From positions 1 through 28,410 of IMG/VR virus record IMGVR_UViG_3300034100_000009: a stretch of 28,410 nt of DNA; one strand, written 5' to 3'. Every line of letters starts with the position of its first letter. The stretch's first letter is position 1. Position numbers and translations under genes: made by a program. This DNA comes from a virus. Lineage: Duplodnaviria > Caudoviricetes. Of the stretch, positions 25,301 to 28,410 are shown in pieces. The notes under the pieces were generated by a model. It made no database searches and was not told the origin of the DNA. It saw nothing but the letters and a program-made list of their open reading frames with translations.

Positions 25301-28300
25301 GTTCAACTCCTACCAAGAACCCGGCGCGGTTGAAGGATCGTACAGGGAGATGTTTGTTACGGCTCCGGGAGTCGGCAAGGGACTTTCTTTCGATGATCTT
25401 TTAAAAAGGGATGGGTCGATCAACGAGACGAACCGCAAAGAGCTTGCGCCGGGATGGGAAGACGGCCACTCCCAATACTCCGAAGTCAAGAACCCCATCG
25501 TCCGCATCCGCTTCAACGAGGTAAACGCAGACGGCAAGCGTCTTCTCCGCATCGAGGAGATGCAGGGACCGAACCCAGACAACCAGGCCAAGATGCCCGC
25601 CTACCTCAAGGACAACATCTACCAGCTCGGCGTGAAGCGCATCCTCGCCTACGCCAAGGAGAACGGCTTTGATGGGGTGGCGCTGGCGACCAAGCCGGGG
25701 AAGAGTGCGGGGGAGACTCAGGCGGACCGGTATTCGTTGGAGAAGCAGATAAGCCAGGTATCCGCGAAGAAATGGGGCGACTCAGGGAAGGTTGGCATTG
25801 TGGCCCGACAGGTCGGTAGCGATGATTACACCGCGATGGGAGAATTTTCCCCGAGCGAACTTGATAACGTGGTTGGTAAGGAACTGGCCAACAAAATCAG
25901 GTCTGATATTGTTTCTATGAAGGACCAAGAAGCCAAGGTGTACTCTGGCCTCGACCTCAAAGTCGGCGGCGAAGGACTCAAGCAGCTCTACGACAACCAG
26001 ATACCCAAGATGCTTGAGGCGTATGGCAAGGGGAAGATGGAGACCGCGGCACTCCCAGAAAACAGAGACCTGCGATGGGACCAGAATGGGTCTAGTTTTG
26101 CTTTTGAGGGTCCGACCCCAACCCTTGACGACCTAAAAGCCATGAAAACTTTGACCAGAGGTGGTCCTAGAGATATTTTCGACAACCCTTTCACCGGACA
26201 GAGGGAAGATTGGGCCATCAACAGAGCATCTAATTACACATCACTGAGAAACGCGATAGAGGCAGTAGAAGCAGGAACAGATGTACGGCAGGCGTTGGCG
26301 ATGCACGGGGGGGCTTCATTGTTTGGAATTACGGTGACGAGGGTTTTTGATGCCGCCACCATGCCCTACCTCCCCCTGACCAACGCCCCGGCCAGCTACC
26401 CCATGTTCTCTCTTTCCAACCCAGGTAAGATCGCATCCACCGCCAACGATGCGCTCAGTGAGAGCAGGAAGAAAGTAGGGGAAGCTCTCCTCGCCCTGGC
26501 CAGCCCGAGGGCGAAGGGTCGGGAGCTGTACGAGAAGTACGCGCCGCAGTGGCTTTCTGTTACATCTCTGCACCATGTTGCTCAGGTGTTCGGTAAAAAC
26601 GTGCCGCAGATCAAGAGCATGGACCGCCATGTGGACGATCTGGTTACGACCAAGACCGCCATCATCGACCGGGCGTACGCCATCCACAAAGCTGCTGAGA
26701 AAGCTGCTAGCGACAAGGACGGGTCCGGAGTAGCCAAGTTCAACAGAGCTGCACTGACTGGGACGTTTAATCAGATGACTCCGTGGTCCGGGTTGTTCGA
26801 GCAGGACTGGGTGCCTGCCGAAGGGACTAAGGCCGACAGGCTGAAAGAAGCTGCGAAGGCGTGGTCGGCTGCCGGTATGAATAAGTCCACCGGCCTGACC
26901 TTCCAAGAGGCGTACCGAGAAAGTGCGGATGCTTTCAACTCCCTGTCTCCCATGGAGCAGATACAGCTTCAGCGCATGGTGGAAGATACCGCCGCCATTC
27001 GGCAGCGAGAGCGCACCAACCTGCTCAAGAGAATCGAACTGCTGAGTGAGGGGAGCCCTGAGCTGCGCCAGTCGCTGATGCTTCAGTTCAACGCCTCGTT
27101 CAACAACTTGAAAGGCATGTACCTGCCGCTGTCTCGGTTCGGTGACTTCATCCTTGAGTACACCAACGCCAAAGGGCAGAGAGTTCTTGAGGCTTTCCCT
27201 GACGCAGCGCAGCGCAAAGCTGTCCGCGAGACGCTGGCCAGCGAAGGTGTCGATGAGGCCACCGTTGTAGAGCGGGTCAAGGACAAGAACGCCGCGGTCA
27301 TTGCAGGGATGCCGCAGGAGCTGATGAGCCAGCTCACCAGGAGTGTCGAGTCGAAGTTCCTAGCCAGTGTTGACCCGACCGATGAGATGGCTGTAGCCGC
27401 CGCGAGGGAGCATGCTCAGGCCGCGGTATCTGATATGAACCAGACGTTCTTCCGCTGGCTGCCGGATACCTCGGCAATGAAGAACTCAGTACGCCGGAAG
27501 AACATCCAAGGCGCCTCGGACAACATGCTCCGCGGGTATCTCGATTACATCCAACGCCACGCTGTCGCCATCGCCTGGTCTGAGGTCGGTAGCAAGATCG
27601 AGCAGGACATCCAGGGCCTGGCCAACGAGAACGCAGAGCTGCGCAAGTCAGGTCTGGCCGGAGAGGGGCCGGTGAACCTCGACATGCGAGTGAACCTTCT
27701 CAATGATATGCGCGCCCGGGTCAAGGCAATCAGAACAACCAACGTCGGGGGTTTGTGGTCTGGGATCAGCAAGCTGAACACTGGATACTTTATGACCTCC
27801 CCTTCGGCGTTCTTCGTGCAGATGACGCAGATACCCACCCTGACTCTGCCCAAACTTGGGGCTATGTTCGGATGGGGCAAGTCGTCCAAGGCCCTCGCTG
27901 TGGCAGGGAGAGAAGCGTTCTCCAAGAAGTTCAGCGCCGAGGCCATGCTGGCCGACCCGATAGTGAACGCGCTTTACGATGACATCCGGGCTACGGTCAA
28001 TGAGACGAACCGCAGAGAATGGCAAGCCTTGGGCGACCCCCTGTTCTCCCCGGCGCAAATCCAGGTAAAAATGAGGAAGCTCTCTGACTACCAGCTCCAG
28101 CTCCTCACCCTGCGCGAGGCCATGGACCGCAACCTTCTCGACATCTCGGCAGCGCATGAGGCGTTCGAGCTTACCCGGGGCGGAGACCCGGACAGTAAAA
28201 TGAGCAGGCTGTTCAGAGCGGTCATGCTCCCTATGCAGCACGGGGAGCTGGCGTCTCGTAAGACGGCGGTGCTGGCGACCCTGGACCTGGCCCTCAAGAG

Positions 28301-28410
28301 CGGGAAAGGATTGTTCGGTAAGCAGAACCAGGACGGCACCTACGCACCTGGCGCCATCGATGACATCCATGAAGTGGTGAAAGGGACGCTGTTCTCCTAC
28401 GCCAAAGAAG
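22386..28410 (+). CDS. Giant polyvalent internal virion protein with zincin metallopeptidase and PLxRFG domain; 3'-truncated by window edge
   Basis: ATG 22386 (GAGGA SD). My manual translation found no in-frame stop (>=2008 codons). Gly/Ala hydrophobic N-region, VFLHEVAH (HEVAH 24531-24545) plus EEGLAY (24681), YLPLSRFGDF (PLSRFG 27126-27143) and RRKNIQGAS..MLR. Missing from the ORF track because it has no stop in the window. Confidence 0.88.
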   Translation, partial: MATLDELLKPAQAPAGQTLADLVGPTVAVAPIKQDPGYIETGLRSLARGGLGLASGVGAASEWAGDVTDSPNLRTAGRMIQDATQKEISSGVGKLEGPAFEGTFVENPSVKRAVGLVAEAVPSLALAVGTGGLAAGGLRAAGMAAPKALAVGSGVAAAGLGVLEGAPQYIEAKEAGKSIGEASAAGAAATVGTALLEYLPISKILGVAGKGALKGGVTGALTEGLQEGTQTVWQNLVAKVGYDDSRNLATGLVESMIGGAGAGGVVGAVVGRTDAAQHTKDRAAETLIKNAFPGTEVLVEGGQAKLIREISGGTTDLAVPLESLAKMVAAGVTVDELFSAKDELKAQVDAATTELPNMDDPDNALAFFEQSIPKEDQAAMADVFANIRQNNLHKGVTFPQQLFNMVGGVYESRTGKKLDILGGVNDEAAAPKFARLEDGPDTLRYNVRGKDYAYAPLEGQTVDDLRVGVEGKSPAAAVNWLKKNSQLVKEVPNVQTDQVVPEPVVPQAKEVVAPVARGDEAVTGGVQGEPVPAAVPPEQVVAQKKARKPKGAAPSDAAPSDAALPEVETDLITPAEDTLVGKNMSGEALYDRADGSRYRMRTDRADRPGGYLDFGGDLAPVAAEAPKLSTGVKTKGQRPSKVKAEIEEKYGSLEKVIASGKLNILRASDGMPEGVAAGSEIYSADGKTVVGAYVGGKVYLVADAIAPGEAPGVFLHEVAHRLLDQDTAFKSAKAKIVTDFGKLGTKAAKDARDKVPANTPAAAVGEEGLAYFLQTQEGRKSSLWRRLVVAVRSGLRRLGLDMQYTEDDILEMFTAGARSFVQTGGVEGTSVTSPAMMSMREAAKAIFSKLDQVSRASFLGMKAQGVVNFLTKQGVKKAEMEAVGLNEWLAARKPTDKVTQAELVDFVKANTVELEDVVLGGETSTRLQWQLWDKGRNEAIAAGDDVAKARWERDLRPHQEILQVQVLVDGTKFNSYQEPGAVEGSYREMFVTAPGVGKGLSFDDLLKRDGSINETNRKELAPGWEDGHSQYSEVKNPIVRIRFNEVNADGKRLLRIEEMQGPNPDNQAKMPAYLKDNIYQLGVKRILAYAKENGFDGVALATKPGKSAGETQADRYSLEKQISQVSAKKWGDSGKVGIVARQVGSDDYTAMGEFSPSELDNVVGKELANKIRSDIVSMKDQEAKVYSGLDLKVGGEGLKQLYDNQIPKMLEAYGKGKMETAALPENRDLRWDQNGSSFAFEGPTPTLDDLKAMKTLTRGGPRDIFDNPFTGQREDWAINRASNYTSLRNAIEAVEAGTDVRQALAMHGGASLFGITVTRVFDAATMPYLPLTNAPASYPMFSLSNPGKIASTANDALSESRKKVGEALLALASPRAKGRELYEKYAPQWLSVTSLHHVAQVFGKNVPQIKSMDRHVDDLVTTKTAIIDRAYAIHKAAEKAASDKDGSGVAKFNRAALTGTFNQMTPWSGLFEQDWVPAEGTKADRLKEAAKAWSAAGMNKSTGLTFQEAYRESADAFNSLSPMEQIQLQRMVEDTAAIRQRERTNLLKRIELLSEGSPELRQSLMLQFNASFNNLKGMYLPLSRFGDFILEYTNAKGQRVLEAFPDAAQRKAVRETLASEGVDEATVVERVKDKNAAVIAGMPQELMSQLTRSVESKFLASVDPTDEMAVAAAREHAQAAVSDMNQTFFRWLPDTSAMKNSVRRKNIQGASDNMLRGYLDYIQRHAVAIAWSEVGSKIEQDIQGLANENAELRKSGLAGEGPVNLDMRVNLLNDMRARVKAIRTTNVGGLWSGISKLNTGYFMTSPSAFFVQMTQIPTLTLPKLGAMFGWGKSSKALAVAGREAFSKKFSAEAMLADPIVNALYDDIRATVNETNRREWQALGDPLFSPAQIQVKMRKLSDYQLQLLTLREAMDRNLLDISAAHEAFELTRGGDPDSKMSRLFRAVMLPMQHGELASRKTAVLATLDLALKSGKGLFGKQNQDGTYAPGAIDDIHEVVKGTLFSYAKE
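23863..24006 (+). CDS. Candidate nested out-of-frame small ORF (47 aa, basic)
   Basis: AAGGAGGT SD 5 nt upstream of ATG, in the +1 frame of the giant gene. Confidence 0.45.
   Translation: MSRLIKWFLSLLYPKPKKSLRLLHEETKLLRAAYRANLFQQRFRQSR
24039..24075 (+). repeat. 15-bp tandem duplication (AAPSD) in a linker of the giant protein
   Basis: GCAGCTCCGTCTGAC x2 plus a partial third copy. Confidence 0.9.

Noticed and set aside
22496-28370. Numerous minus-strand and short off-frame ORFs (e.g. 22496..23566, 23148..23906, 27648..28370)
   Set aside because: They are shadows of the giant plus-strand gene, expected in GC-rich coding DNA. The same applies to antisense ORFs over TerL, portal and MCP.
22386-28410. 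N4-type virion RNA polymerase
   Set aside because: Despite the N4-gp56-family capsid, I saw no single-subunit RNAP motifs. The zincin and PLxRFG motifs indicate a different family.
1-28410. tRNA/rRNA genes, integrase, transposase, introns or inteins
   Set aside because: Intergenic gaps are too short for RNA genes. TerL, portal and MCP have ordinary lengths, and no such motifs were seen.

Overview
Late (morphogenesis) region of a tailed dsDNA phage or prophage with a podovirus-like gene set. All credible genes are on the + strand and tightly packed. The order is: two tandem Kelch-like 47-aa-repeat proteins, an unknown helical protein, a DUF4376-like tail chaperone, a single-cluster ferredoxin, a 3-TM holin-like protein, a GH24 endolysin, a membrane protein, a TraR/DksA zinc finger, TerL, portal, two small ORFs, a sigma70-type promoter, scaffold, N4-gp56-like major capsid protein, decoration-like genes, adaptor and nozzle, tail proteins, two ejection-type proteins and a >2000-aa polyvalent PLxRFG-domain protein. 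That last gene runs off the window and is absent from the supplied ORF track. The most unusual signals are: (i) a pair of Kelch-propeller genes with invariant framework, variable top-face loops and patchwork DNA exchange between repeats; (ii) a ferredoxin heading a translationally coupled lysis-packaging chain; (iii) a 47-codon out-of-frame ORF with a strong Shine-Dalgarno nested in the giant gene; (iv) a phased operator-like array at the head-gene promoter; (v) a scaffold-terminal motif reused in another small gene. All family assignments come from motif recognition by eye; no database searches were run.
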